Shown here: positions 37,871-47,907 of the stretch, piece after piece
Layout of the letters: the number at the start of each line of letters is the position of its first letter
Numbering within the stretch: the stretch's first letter is position 1
Source: a virus
DNA: 64,000 nucleotides
Strand: one strand, 5' to 3'
IMG/VR virus record: IMGVR_UViG_3300018080_000142
Coordinates: 29,680 to 93,679 of that record
Translations under genes and position numbers: made by a program
Notes under the pieces: generated by a model
Databases searched by the model: none
Told to the model about the DNA's origin: nothing
Seen by the model: the letters and a program-made list of their open reading frames with translations, nothing else

Positions 37871-38674
37871 ATGAACGTAGTACAGCTTCATGAAAGGGTT
37901 CGATTCTGGGTGGACATAGTCTCGTCCACCCGGTTCGAGTCTGAAGATATCGACAATGCTTTAAATGTCGCATCTGACAATAAGGTTCGTGAATCCTATG
38001 ACAAAGGGAGGTTTATGAACAAATCAGATGCTTTCCAGAAAGTTCAGAGGATCCGTGATGAACTGGGTCCGATCGTCAAGAAGCTTACAGAAGGTAGCGG
38101 TCTGGCAATAAGTTCCGATCTGATAACCATCGATAGCGATATCAGTTACAGATACATGCTCTCCATAAGGGCCAAATTCGGCCTTAGCGGTTGGCATCCA
38201 TGCTTTCCGCTGACCTACAACAGAAAGAATGTTGTTGAAAGAAACCCGTACCGCAGGGTCAGAACAACGCCTGTTTCAAAGGTCTACTACAATGAAGATA
38301 CCAACGGAATCAACATAAGCCATAATATACCTACTGCACTTGATGATGCAGAGATATATTACCTGGCGGATCCGGCAATAATAAATTATGGAATTGAATA
38401 TTCATCATCCAAGACTTTTACTGACGGTGACGTTGTCTATGCTGTCGAGGAAACAGTCTATGGTGGAGTTACATATAAGATCGGTGATGCAATAACTATT
38501 TCAGCACCGACACTTTCAATTACATCAGGGTTAGTCGTGTTTGACTATGTGGATTGTGATATACGTGCGTCCACGCATGAAGAAATCTCACGAAGGGGAG
38601 CATACAGTTGTCTTATAACAGCAGGGGAGATAGACAAGGCTAACCAGTTAATGCAAGAAATTATGGCCTCATAA
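37871..38674 (+). CDS. Head-tail ring/connector protein
   Basis: MNVVQLHERV...EDIDNALN...YYLADP...THEEI pattern of crAss-like ring proteins. Confidence 0.65.
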   Translation: MNVVQLHERVRFWVDIVSSTRFESEDIDNALNVASDNKVRESYDKGRFMNKSDAFQKVQRIRDELGPIVKKLTEGSGLAISSDLITIDSDISYRYMLSIRAKFGLSGWHPCFPLTYNRKNVVERNPYRRVRTTPVSKVYYNEDTNGINISHNIPTALDDAEIYYLADPAIINYGIEYSSSKTFTDGDVVYAVEETVYGGVTYKIGDAITISAPTLSITSGLVVFDYVDCDIRASTHEEISRRGAYSCLITAGEIDKANQLMQEIMAS

Positions 38675-38719
38675 GGCTTATTTATAACCAGGTGTCATAT
38701 CACCGCAAACTTTTTTAAA

Positions 38720-39838
38720 ATGAAAAAAAGACCATTAGTCGCAGTCCTCAACACAATTGAGGCTTCCGGCGCACAAGTAATCTCTGACACTAATGAGTGG
38801 GGGATCGTGAAAACTTCTGCCGGTAACGAACTTCTCTTGGGAATGTTCAGGACCGGTCACATCGTCCGGTCAGAATCTTTCGACCCGGTCGCTGAGACAA
38901 GTCAGATCGTGGTAATTGACGCAGTAGCCGTTCCGGAGGTTATTACGGCAAGTACCAGGTATCGGATCGAAATTGGTAATCCGGACGATAAGTATGAGAC
39001 ACACCGGAGGTTTCCAAGTGTCCATGCTTACACGACAGCTGCAAATCTGAGCGGTACAGCTTCGACCGACAGGGCGAATGTCTATAACGCTCTCGCCGAC
39101 AAGATCAACGGTTATGCAACGAATAATGCTACGGCTTATCCGCTGACAGTCGTTGACTTCACACTCGGTACATCAACAGGTGATGCTTTCACCAACTTTA
39201 TTGTAGGTGAAACCGTAACCCAGGAAACATCCAGTGAGACCGCGCGTGTAGCACGCTGCACCATCACTTCAGGGTCGATGGCAACCGATGACGCTGCCGG
39301 GAAGATCTGGCTGTTTGACCGCAGTGCTGATGCTCCGACCTGGCTTGAAACTCTCAAGACCCTTTCAGCTGGCGGTGGAACAGGAGAAAGTAACTGCGTA
39401 GTAAGTCAGACCAATGCAACCACGGTCTATGACCAGGGACTTGCTATTGAGGACTCAGCCGGATATTTCATCAGCACAATCGGCCGTGCCGGTGCAAACT
39501 GGGTAGGCGCCACTCAGGGATTCCAGACTGCAGTTGCAGAAGTTTCCCTGGCTCCCGTTTATTCAATGGGTATCGGTTCTGTCATGGCGCAGCTCGTCCC
39601 AAGGTATGACCATAGCATGCAGGACGTTGTTTCAGGCTTCCTGGAATACGAACTGCAGGATGGTGATGCCTTTGACGTTGCCAAAACATATCGCAAGTAT
39701 GTCATCACCGTCAGGGACGGCGATGAGGATGCGATGGCCGGAGAACCGCAAGCTGCCGACACCCAGGTAATTCTCTATGTGGATTACGCTGACGGCGATC
39801 TTGCAGACTTTAATACCGCAATCGGGAACTTGACTTAA
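38720..39838 (+). CDS. Structural protein (auxiliary capsid-like)
   Basis: 372 aa, A/T/G-rich beta protein with its own terminator; position matches the crAss-like block. Confidence 0.55.
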   Translation: MKKRPLVAVLNTIEASGAQVISDTNEWGIVKTSAGNELLLGMFRTGHIVRSESFDPVAETSQIVVIDAVAVPEVITASTRYRIEIGNPDDKYETHRRFPSVHAYTTAANLSGTASTDRANVYNALADKINGYATNNATAYPLTVVDFTLGTSTGDAFTNFIVGETVTQETSSETARVARCTITSGSMATDDAAGKIWLFDRSADAPTWLETLKTLSAGGGTGESNCVVSQTNATTVYDQGLAIEDSAGYFISTIGRAGANWVGATQGFQTAVAEVSLAPVYSMGIGSVMAQLVPRYDHSMQDVVSGFLEYELQDGDAFDVAKTYRKYVITVRDGDEDAMAGEPQAADTQVILYVDYADGDLADFNTAIGNLT

Positions 39839-39848
39839 TAGATGATTG

Positions 39849-39878
39849 AGAGGGGGTAATTCCCCTCTCTTATCTTTT
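39849..39878 (+). terminator. Intrinsic terminator
   Basis: GAGAGGGG-gtaatt-CCCCTCTC followed by T-rich tract. Confidence 0.75.
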
Positions 39879-39890
39879 ACTTATTAAGTT

Positions 39891-40157
39891 ATGGATCCGA
39901 AGGACTACAGCGGTAGACCCATTCACTATTCCGGTAAGTGGGGCCAGGTAGCCTGGACAGATGGTAAATACGATCCGGGTCAGGTATTTCGTTTATACCT
40001 GGCTACACCAAAAGTTCTCGTCCTCAAGGGAACCAAAATGAATAACGGTGATGCCTTCGCCGTAACTCTTAATGAAGGATACCATAACTTTATGTGTGAC
40101 ATGATTATTGAAACAGGCTCGGATGCTGATGTATCCGATGTAATTGCATTATTCTGA
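39891..40157 (+). CDS. Small putative virion protein
   Basis: 88 aa ending SDVIALF. Confidence 0.55.
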   Translation: MDPKDYSGRPIHYSGKWGQVAWTDGKYDPGQVFRLYLATPKVLVLKGTKMNNGDAFAVTLNEGYHNFMCDMIIETGSDADVSDVIALF

Positions 40158-40708
40158 TGAGCAGGACCAGAGGCATAGGAATTGGAATACCGTTTTATAG
40201 CAGGACCGGGATACCATATCAGCAACATTTGTTGAGATTCCTGCGCCCTCGAGATGTTGACAGGATATATGATATTATAGGAGCTTATGACGGTGAGGAA
40301 ACAAGTGAAAATGTCTATGACATGAATCCTGACGATGATTCGGACTCAGGATTTATACTCCAATGCATGAATAAAAGCGATGTTACCATTTGGAGTGAAA
40401 CAGATAAGGATGGCAATACCATCAGAGATCTACCAGGATATAATCCGTTAGATCCTTACGAGTGGCTTGACGCTGAACTTGATGTTGATATCTTCAATAC
40501 TTACATAGCTGATTCTTATACAGCGAGACTGTTTACGAACTTCTTCGGCGAGAAAACCGACCTGGGAGTTTATGACAGGCAAATGACCTGCGAAGAAAGC
40601 AGGCTCATCCACGGCAGACTGAAAACCGGTGGATGGTGGATTTTCAACCGTGGTGTACTTAATGGCTGCGGTGTAGTAAAAACAGATGGAATAATCTGGG
40701 GATCATAA
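40157..40708 (+). CDS. Putative virion protein
   Basis: N-terminal GIGIGIPF motif; C-terminal GVLNGCGVVKTDGIIW. Confidence 0.55.
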   Translation: MSRTRGIGIGIPFYSRTGIPYQQHLLRFLRPRDVDRIYDIIGAYDGEETSENVYDMNPDDDSDSGFILQCMNKSDVTIWSETDKDGNTIRDLPGYNPLDPYEWLDAELDVDIFNTYIADSYTARLFTNFFGEKTDLGVYDRQMTCEESRLIHGRLKTGGWWIFNRGVLNGCGVVKTDGIIWGS

Positions 40709-41076
40709 TGGCACAGCAAACAGTACAGATAGGAGATACTGGTCAACAGATGGTTGACAAACTTGACAATAACTTTGACGAGCTTTATGCAAGAACACTT
40801 GTTGAAAATAAACAACTGATCGAGTGGGCAGGCGGGAAAGATGTTGAATTGACAGACAGAACACTTGATGCTGATGGCAGGGTAACAAGTTCTGACCTAG
40901 TATGGCCTGACGGATCGATAGGGACTTTTACAGCAACAGATTGGAATGCAACGCATGAGGTTTACGATGGATGGACCAAATCGCATACTGATTCAGGAAA
41001 GACAGTTACACAGGCAGCCGTCACCAGGAGAGCTGATGGAGCAATAACAAACAAACCCGCTTTAACCGTAGCATGA
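40708..41076 (+). CDS. Putative fibre-associated virion protein
   Basis: GDTG...KLDNNFDELY fibre N-terminal motif; VWPDGSIG...TQAAVTR. Confidence 0.6.
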   Translation: MAQQTVQIGDTGQQMVDKLDNNFDELYARTLVENKQLIEWAGGKDVELTDRTLDADGRVTSSDLVWPDGSIGTFTATDWNATHEVYDGWTKSHTDSGKTVTQAAVTRRADGAITNKPALTVA

Positions 41077-41184
41077 TAAGATTGATCAGATACCTACTGA
41101 GGTTAAGACGGGTCAGAACATATAAGGTTAATAATGACCACATAAGAATTTTCAAGCATAGAAAAAAAGCGGTAGTTTACAGGA

Positions 41185-41520
41185 ATGGAAGAAAAATTTT
41201 CGACAATATCAAAACCAGCGACAATTACAAAGAGTGGTGGCGAACAACCGGCAAAAAATTATGCGGCAAGACCAAAACAGCGGTATAAGAGGCAAGGATC
41301 ATGTAAACATTGTGGTGCTTGTTGCCTGGCTGAAGATCCGGCCTGCAAGTATCTGTTGATGGAGAATGGAAAGTCTCACTGCATTGTATTTGGCAAGCCG
41401 GAGAGATATAAGAGATGCCTGCTGTTCCCTGAGAATCCGCCCATACCTTTTGAGGGTTGTGGATTTTTCTTCGTAGACAGGTGGGAAGGAAACAGAAAAG
41501 TAGAACCTAAAAAAACCTGA
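41185..41520 (+). CDS. YkgJ-like CxxCxxCC cysteine-cluster protein
   Basis: CKHCGACC...CKYL...CIVF...RYKRCLLFP...CGF. Confidence 0.65.
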   Translation: MEEKFSTISKPATITKSGGEQPAKNYAARPKQRYKRQGSCKHCGACCLAEDPACKYLLMENGKSHCIVFGKPERYKRCLLFPENPPIPFEGCGFFFVDRWEGNRKVEPKKT

Positions 41521-41521
41521 A

Positions 41522-43603
41522 ATGGCTGTAACGGTATCAGGTAAGAATTTCACGCAATTTAGTACATGCGACTCAGGTAGTGCAGGAGGAACTTGGAGTG
41601 GATCTCCTACGCAGGATACTGATAATTACAAGGAAGGTTCTGCTTCTATATCTGATATCTTGAAAGGAAGTGGTAATAATGACTGGACTTTTACACCTAC
41701 ATCCTCTATAGATCTGTCAGGTACAAAACATCTGCGCCTTTGGGTTTTGCTTACGCAGGGTTCCTTGATCAATACCAAAGCATCCGGAGGAATTCAAATC
41801 GGCCTCACTGATGGTACAAATACAGGGTATTACTATGTCGATGGCCGGGATACTTATCCAGGTGGATGGCATTGTCTTGTCTTGGATGTATCAAGAGCTG
41901 TTGATGCAGGGACAAAACCGACCAGCATGAATGCAATTACTGTTGTTACCTTGAGGATAAATCTCACAGCAGGGGGTAAAAACGTAGATAATACATGGGT
42001 TGATAATTTGAGTGTTTCGGATGGTCTTGTAGCTTATGGCGATGACAGCGGATCGTATTTCGATCTTGAGGATATCTTCTCCGTAGAAGATACCCCTACT
42101 TCCGGTGGTTGGGGAGTTATGACAAAATATAAAGGTCAGTATTTCATGACGGGCGATCTTGACATAGGATTTGCCACTTCAGCAACAAAGTTCAATGCAA
42201 AAAATTCTGTTCTTATCTTCGAGGACAGAGGCACGAATATTAATTCAAATCTTCTCACTATCACAGCTATTGACAGTGGTAATGCTTCGTATACTACGGA
42301 ATTTATTCTTGGTGCAAAATCAGGTACTTCCGGAGTAGAGGGTTGTGCTATAAGGTCGGAATCTCTGACTCAAAACTCACTATTCAAACTTGACTTCTCT
42401 GATACTGACCTGGATAATGTAAAACTTTACGGAACATCTTTTTTCGGTAGCGGAACGGTAACATTGCCTGCGTATGCATCAGCAGCTAACGAAGTTCTTA
42501 ACTGCGAGTTCAATACTTGTGGTGTAGTAACAGTATCATCCTGCACTGTTACGAATTGTAATTTCATCAAACCAACTTCTTACGGAATTGTCCTGTCAAG
42601 TACCACGCACTATGTTACGAAATGCAACTTTATCAGTCCTACTAATGCAAGTATTGACATAACTGCTACGGGCTCATTTGCGATGAACCAGGTTGTATCA
42701 TCAGGAACAGATGGATCCGCGAACTATGATGTTAGGAATACAAATGCTTCATCGAATGAGGATTCGAATGCAAACGGAGGATCCACATATAATCTGAACA
42801 ATACAAATACCGGTTTCGGGCAATCATTTACAGGTGGCGGGAATGTATTGACAAATGTTGTTCTCAACCTGAAAAAATCAAATTCACCTACCGGAACTGC
42901 TTATGTAAAAATATACGCTCACAGTGGAACATTCGGTACATCATCAGTACCGACCGGTGCAGCTCTGGCCACGTCCGAGGGACTTGATGTTAGTACGCTT
43001 ACGGGATCTTTTGTCGCTACCAAGTTTGACTTCCTTGGAGCTGCAAACCAGATTACACTGACCAATGCAGTCAAATATGTTGTAACGATTGAATATTCAA
43101 ATGGTGATGCAACCAATACCGTAGATGTCGAATACGATGCCAGCAATAATCACGGTGGGAATTCATGTACTTACACAGGATCCTGGACGGCAAACTCCGG
43201 AACAGATCTTGAATTTTATGTCAGGGTAGGTGGTCTGGTAATCCTGAATCTGACAAACGGTGCTTCAATGAATTATGAGAATAATACGGGATCCCCGGCC
43301 GGTGTAACCGATTTTGTTGCTTCGGTAAATGTTACCATAACAAATGCCGTTACATCACCATCGACAAAAATATATATGTGGGCGACTGCAGCACCTCTAG
43401 GAAATGGGGTAGCTATCATTGGACCTGAACAGATAACTGCGGATCCCTATGTAAAATCAGTTCCATATACATCCAATCAGCCTTTTACAATGAATCTGAC
43501 AAATGCGAGCAGCACTCCAAAATATACTCCACTTCAGATCTCAGGGACAATTACGGGAGATGGTTATTCAAGGAGAGTATCACAAGTACAGGAAGGAACT
43601 TAA
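41522..43603 (+). CDS. Large beta-rich virion/fibre protein (jelly-roll, short beta-helix, choice-of-anchor-R-like domain)
   Basis: 693 aa, T/S/G/N-rich; NCEF/NCNF/KCNF repeats; no signal peptide. Confidence 0.6.
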   Translation: MAVTVSGKNFTQFSTCDSGSAGGTWSGSPTQDTDNYKEGSASISDILKGSGNNDWTFTPTSSIDLSGTKHLRLWVLLTQGSLINTKASGGIQIGLTDGTNTGYYYVDGRDTYPGGWHCLVLDVSRAVDAGTKPTSMNAITVVTLRINLTAGGKNVDNTWVDNLSVSDGLVAYGDDSGSYFDLEDIFSVEDTPTSGGWGVMTKYKGQYFMTGDLDIGFATSATKFNAKNSVLIFEDRGTNINSNLLTITAIDSGNASYTTEFILGAKSGTSGVEGCAIRSESLTQNSLFKLDFSDTDLDNVKLYGTSFFGSGTVTLPAYASAANEVLNCEFNTCGVVTVSSCTVTNCNFIKPTSYGIVLSSTTHYVTKCNFISPTNASIDITATGSFAMNQVVSSGTDGSANYDVRNTNASSNEDSNANGGSTYNLNNTNTGFGQSFTGGGNVLTNVVLNLKKSNSPTGTAYVKIYAHSGTFGTSSVPTGAALATSEGLDVSTLTGSFVATKFDFLGAANQITLTNAVKYVVTIEYSNGDATNTVDVEYDASNNHGGNSCTYTGSWTANSGTDLEFYVRVGGLVILNLTNGASMNYENNTGSPAGVTDFVASVNVTITNAVTSPSTKIYMWATAAPLGNGVAIIGPEQITADPYVKSVPYTSNQPFTMNLTNASSTPKYTPLQISGTITGDGYSRRVSQVQEGT

Positions 43604-43614
43604 ATTATATAGTT

Positions 43615-43782
43615 ATGGCACTCAGAAGAAAACCAAAACCGACAGGTGGCAAGCCGAAGGAAATTCTTCCTTCTGAAAAAACAATTGACAGGGAACTTGC
43701 AAAAGCTCAGGAGGAATTTGCTGAAGCGAAGAAGAACCTTGTCAAATGGCAGAAATACAAGAATAAATCAACTAAATCATAA
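43615..43782 (+). CDS. Small basic protein (55 aa)
   Basis: Manual translation MALRRKPKPTGGKPKEILPSEKTIDRELAK... Confidence 0.55.
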   Translation: MALRRKPKPTGGKPKEILPSEKTIDRELAKAQEEFAEAKKNLVKWQKYKNKSTKS

Positions 43783-43785
43783 GCT

Positions 43786-46134
43786 ATGGCAGCGATAACA
43801 AAGGCAGACTTTTCGGTTGCAGCTAACGGTGATATCCGGCATGTAACCGGCACAAGTACTCATACGGTCCTCGAGGGGCATCGATGGCTGATGGATCTGC
43901 TTGATGATGATACAGCGACAGGTGATGACTATATCGATGTAACGAATGAAATTATTCCTTCTGCAAGATCAACAGATGAGATCATCACATTGAATGCTCC
44001 ATATAATATGGATGATCGATGCATCCAGAGGTTCTTCGGCGGTTCCATCACACAAGCTGGTGGTGATACAATTTACGGAGGACTCAGAATCATTGCTACA
44101 TTCAATGCAGGAACGACAATACCTGTTCTTATCCAGGATGACAAACTTCTGCCTAATTTCTGGGGTACATCCCTTAACCCGCTTGCAACAGAAGGTGTAA
44201 CACACAGATTCCTTGTAAAGATCAGAGATGGAGGTTCAGACATCGATGGTCGCAGGGTTCGCGGTCAGGTACGTGAATGGGGTGATACATGGGCTGAGTT
44301 TACTTCACTCATGGGAGAAGGAGAAGCTGTAATGTCATTTGGTAATACTCTGCAGGATGACTTTAACCAGACAGCCGTTGGTACTGTAGCCGGGTACACT
44401 GATGTTGTAAACAACCTGGAAGGATTCCAGCAGATTGACCTTGGAAACGGCAACGGAGATCGTAACTACCATTCTGAATGGGATAGGGCAAGCCGCACTC
44501 TTAATGGACTGTTCGAACGTGCGAAATGGCTGGCAATGCGATCCGGAGCTGAGGATACGAATAATGACACCGATGATGACTTTGTTGTGGATAATGCTAC
44601 GATTACAGGCGCGGCACAATCATTTGCTGTTGGAAGTAACGCCAAAATCGTGACAAGGGTAAGACTGCGACTGAAGAAAACAGGCTCACCAACAGGCAAT
44701 GTTACTGTTGCGATTTACTCGCATTCAGGAACCTATGGAACTTCATCCGTACCAAATGCCCTGGTTGCTACATCAGATGCAATAGATGCTACCCAGATAG
44801 ATTCAGCATACCGTGAAGTAGAATTTGTCTTTACCGGTGATGAACTCGTTGAATTAACAGCATCGACAAATTATTGTATTGTTATTGAACATCCCAACGG
44901 TGATGCTTCCAATTATGTACAGGTCAATGGCGATATCGGTGCTGGATCACACGGAGGTAACAGATCGCATAATACGGCAGGCTGGACGGCCGTAGCAGCA
45001 GATGATTTATGGTTTGAGGTTTACACTTCTTCCAAATTGTACGGATCAGCCGGGATCCTGTATCGTGGTATCACACACGACTGCGATTATGACGCAGAAG
45101 GTGGATCCGGTGTATCCCAGAATGAAATTCTTGATTGGACTACAGGTACGGGACGATTGCTTGCACTCGATGATCAGGGAACTTCCGGAACAGTTTGGTT
45201 ACAACTACTGACAGGTGTTGCTCCGGTGGAGGATGATGTACTTACGGGAGGATCCGGTAGCGTAACCGTCACTGCTGCCATCACTACAAGAAACCTTTCA
45301 CCAAATAATGTATTCCTGGGAACATTTACCGGGAACCTGACAGGCGCATATGGTGTAGGTGTAGAAGCAACGGATCTTACAAATCTTGACAAACTCAGGG
45401 ATCTCGAGAACGTTGTCCAGACACCCCCGAACAATGTTGATGTTATATACAATGCGGTAGCCGTAGGCGATATTCTCTTTGCTGCCCAAACATGGGAGGA
45501 TGCTCACACAGTTTCCGGATCCTACTCGATCGGTGATACTGCAATCACGCTGAATTCGGCAATTGATACCGATATGCCTCAGCCCGGCAGGATAAATATT
45601 AACGACACTGAATATAATTATATCAGTTATTCAGGTTCAGTAGTTACACTCTGCGCACCAGGTCTCGTTGAATCATTATCTGGTGGTGAGGATGCCGATC
45701 TATTTGCATTCAGGACAAATCAGTATACAAGTACCACAAATACCAGCGGTCAGGCTTACATCGAAGTAAATGAAGCAATCGAAACTTTTGACCGGACTGC
45801 AGGGTATATACGGATATGGAATGATGTCAACCTGGTTTGGGACAGATATCAGTATGATTCATACGATACTGCCACGAAGCGGTATACGTTGAATACTACT
45901 GCACATCCAACAGGTCTTGATCAGGGCTACACGGACAATGATCCTATTTTTGTACCTTTACTTGACGAGACTGTAACGACTTCGCCTGAGACAAGATCAC
46001 ATATCCATACAAGCGATGTCGATGCAAGATTGAGAGTATATGACAGCGCAGAGCCGATCGTACCGTTTGAAGTAACATATACAGTGACTACCAATGGAGC
46101 CACTGTTCAAGCAATACGTAATCCAGATGCCTAG
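43786..46134 (+). CDS. Large beta-rich virion/fibre protein with inserted choice-of-anchor-R-like domain
   Basis: 782 aa; shares a domain of about 135 aa with the 41522 protein; no signal peptide. Confidence 0.6.
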   Translation: MAAITKADFSVAANGDIRHVTGTSTHTVLEGHRWLMDLLDDDTATGDDYIDVTNEIIPSARSTDEIITLNAPYNMDDRCIQRFFGGSITQAGGDTIYGGLRIIATFNAGTTIPVLIQDDKLLPNFWGTSLNPLATEGVTHRFLVKIRDGGSDIDGRRVRGQVREWGDTWAEFTSLMGEGEAVMSFGNTLQDDFNQTAVGTVAGYTDVVNNLEGFQQIDLGNGNGDRNYHSEWDRASRTLNGLFERAKWLAMRSGAEDTNNDTDDDFVVDNATITGAAQSFAVGSNAKIVTRVRLRLKKTGSPTGNVTVAIYSHSGTYGTSSVPNALVATSDAIDATQIDSAYREVEFVFTGDELVELTASTNYCIVIEHPNGDASNYVQVNGDIGAGSHGGNRSHNTAGWTAVAADDLWFEVYTSSKLYGSAGILYRGITHDCDYDAEGGSGVSQNEILDWTTGTGRLLALDDQGTSGTVWLQLLTGVAPVEDDVLTGGSGSVTVTAAITTRNLSPNNVFLGTFTGNLTGAYGVGVEATDLTNLDKLRDLENVVQTPPNNVDVIYNAVAVGDILFAAQTWEDAHTVSGSYSIGDTAITLNSAIDTDMPQPGRININDTEYNYISYSGSVVTLCAPGLVESLSGGEDADLFAFRTNQYTSTTNTSGQAYIEVNEAIETFDRTAGYIRIWNDVNLVWDRYQYDSYDTATKRYTLNTTAHPTGLDQGYTDNDPIFVPLLDETVTTSPETRSHIHTSDVDARLRVYDSAEPIVPFEVTYTVTTNGATVQAIRNPDA

Positions 46135-46408
46135 AATTGAACCGTTACCGGCCGATGTTAAGCAGCATGTAGATAAGTACATGGAGATCCGGTTTTCCCA
46201 TAAGACACCGACTGAGAAAGCTACGATCTACCAGGGACTTGTAAAACAGCTGAGAGCGGAACCTCATAGACAGCAGGAGTTTATGGAGAAAGTGCAAAAT
46301 CTCTATGAAACGAACAAAGATTTGGTTCAAGCATCGGAAAAGGCAAAGGAGAATTCTGAATATCGGGAACGATTAAAGGAAACAATGTCACGGAACAGAA
46401 CAAAATGA
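46127..46408 (+). CDS. Hypothetical helical protein
   Basis: Start moved to MPRIEPL. Confidence 0.5.
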   Translation: MPRIEPLPADVKQHVDKYMEIRFSHKTPTEKATIYQGLVKQLRAEPHRQQEFMEKVQNLYETNKDLVQASEKAKENSEYRERLKETMSRNRTK

Positions 46409-46902
46409 GTGTAACAATAAATAACGTCAAGGTGGACTTTCACCTGGATCCCCCGGAGATCACATTCTTACAGGGATGCAATATGGCAATTGAAGGGCTC
46501 AGAGATACTTTCCGGCAGATTGAACAGTCTGTAGAGGGAAGAATGTTTGAGTCGTTTACGAGAGGGAGAGGAATGATAGTCAGGGCAGACGGTAACTACC
46601 CGTTCGGTGAGGAAACAGCGGCAATGGATATAACGGTCTTACCGCCCTTTGTGATGAAATTCCAGGCCGGAGCAACGGCATTTCAAACATCACTTGGAAG
46701 TTTACTTGGCACTTTTATAGAATCATCAGGAGCGATCGTACAAATTAATAATGCAAAGGGCGCTTTAAAGGTTGAAGGTGGATCCGGGGCATCTGCACAG
46801 GAAGTTTGGGAATATCTCATTACCGGAGGTGGTGGTCTTGAAGCCCAGGAGATATTACTTGATGCGATGAAAAAAGCTAAATTAGCAGCATTTAACGTAT
46901 AA
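46405..46902 (+). CDS. Putative virion protein
   Basis: 165 aa; SAQEVWEY motif. Confidence 0.55.
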   Translation: MSVTINNVKVDFHLDPPEITFLQGCNMAIEGLRDTFRQIEQSVEGRMFESFTRGRGMIVRADGNYPFGEETAAMDITVLPPFVMKFQAGATAFQTSLGSLLGTFIESSGAIVQINNAKGALKVEGGSGASAQEVWEYLITGGGGLEAQEILLDAMKKAKLAAFNV

Positions 46903-46906
46903 AGTC

Positions 46907-47215
46907 ATGGCTGAACCTACACAAAAAGAGATGCTTGCAACCTTGGTTAAGGATGTCAAGTATATTATGGCAAAGCAGGGTGAGATGAAGCAGAAACAGG
47001 ATAATATGGATCTTAAGATCAATAATATCGAGATTGAACTTAGTGGTACGAGCATGGAACCAGGCAGAGGTGTTGTACATAGATTGATAAAAGCTGAAGA
47101 ATGTATTTCTAGTATCAAAAAAAAGCAGTACAAGATATTCACCTGGGGAGTGGTTATCATAACATTGTTGAACATCATTTTCTTGAGCGTTAAAACGTTT
47201 ATCAAAGGACAGTGA
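46907..47215 (+). CDS. Holin-like protein (coiled coil plus C-terminal TM)
   Basis: C-terminal IFTWGVVIITLLNIIFLSV; immediately upstream of the endolysin. Confidence 0.5.
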   Translation: MAEPTQKEMLATLVKDVKYIMAKQGEMKQKQDNMDLKINNIEIELSGTSMEPGRGVVHRLIKAEECISSIKKKQYKIFTWGVVIITLLNIIFLSVKTFIKGQ

Positions 47216-47219
47216 ATAA

Positions 47220-47885
47220 ATGGACCTTAAGTATCTCATAAATCCAACGTTAGCATTATCAATCGAGAATGCTTTCAAGAAATGGGTCGTTATCATCGAT
47301 GATGGGCATGGTTGGCTTACTTCCGGGAAAAGGAGCCTTGATGAATCCCTGCGCGAGAACGAGTTCAATTCATCGGTTGAGGATAAATTGACATTTTTGC
47401 TTGATAAATGCAGTGTTGAGTATTATTCACTCGCATCAGGATGGGCAGACGAAAAACTGGAAGTAAGGTCTGGTATTGAGAATAGTCTACATGAGGATGC
47501 TGTCAACAGGGGAAAGAAGGTTTTGGGAGTTTCCATCCATGCAGATGCCTATCCGCCAGATACGTCTGCACATGGATTTTGCGTTTATTATTATGAAAAG
47601 GGACCGAATTACTCACAGGAAGGAAAGATTCTGGCAAGGTATATTGCTGAGTCAATCATCGAAAGCGACAAAAGGAATAATCATGTCATTTCACCAAGGC
47701 ATGATCTGGGAATTTCCGGTGAGAATTTTCATATGCTGAGGGAAACTGATGGCATCTGGTGTCTCATTGAAAATGCCTTTATGACCAATGACAGGGATCT
47801 TATGTATCTGAAACGAGATAAATTCAGGAACAACCGCACACTTGCTATCCTATCAGGATTGTATGAATATGTGCTTAAGGAATAA
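47220..47885 (+). CDS. Endolysin, N-acetylmuramoyl-L-alanine amidase (Amidase_3)
   Basis: IDDGHG, LRENEFN, VSIHAD, LIENAFMTN. Confidence 0.9.
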   Translation: MDLKYLINPTLALSIENAFKKWVVIIDDGHGWLTSGKRSLDESLRENEFNSSVEDKLTFLLDKCSVEYYSLASGWADEKLEVRSGIENSLHEDAVNRGKKVLGVSIHADAYPPDTSAHGFCVYYYEKGPNYSQEGKILARYIAESIIESDKRNNHVISPRHDLGISGENFHMLRETDGIWCLIENAFMTNDRDLMYLKRDKFRNNRTLAILSGLYEYVLKE

Positions 47886-47907
47886 CAATAATTCAAAAAT
47901 GAGAATC

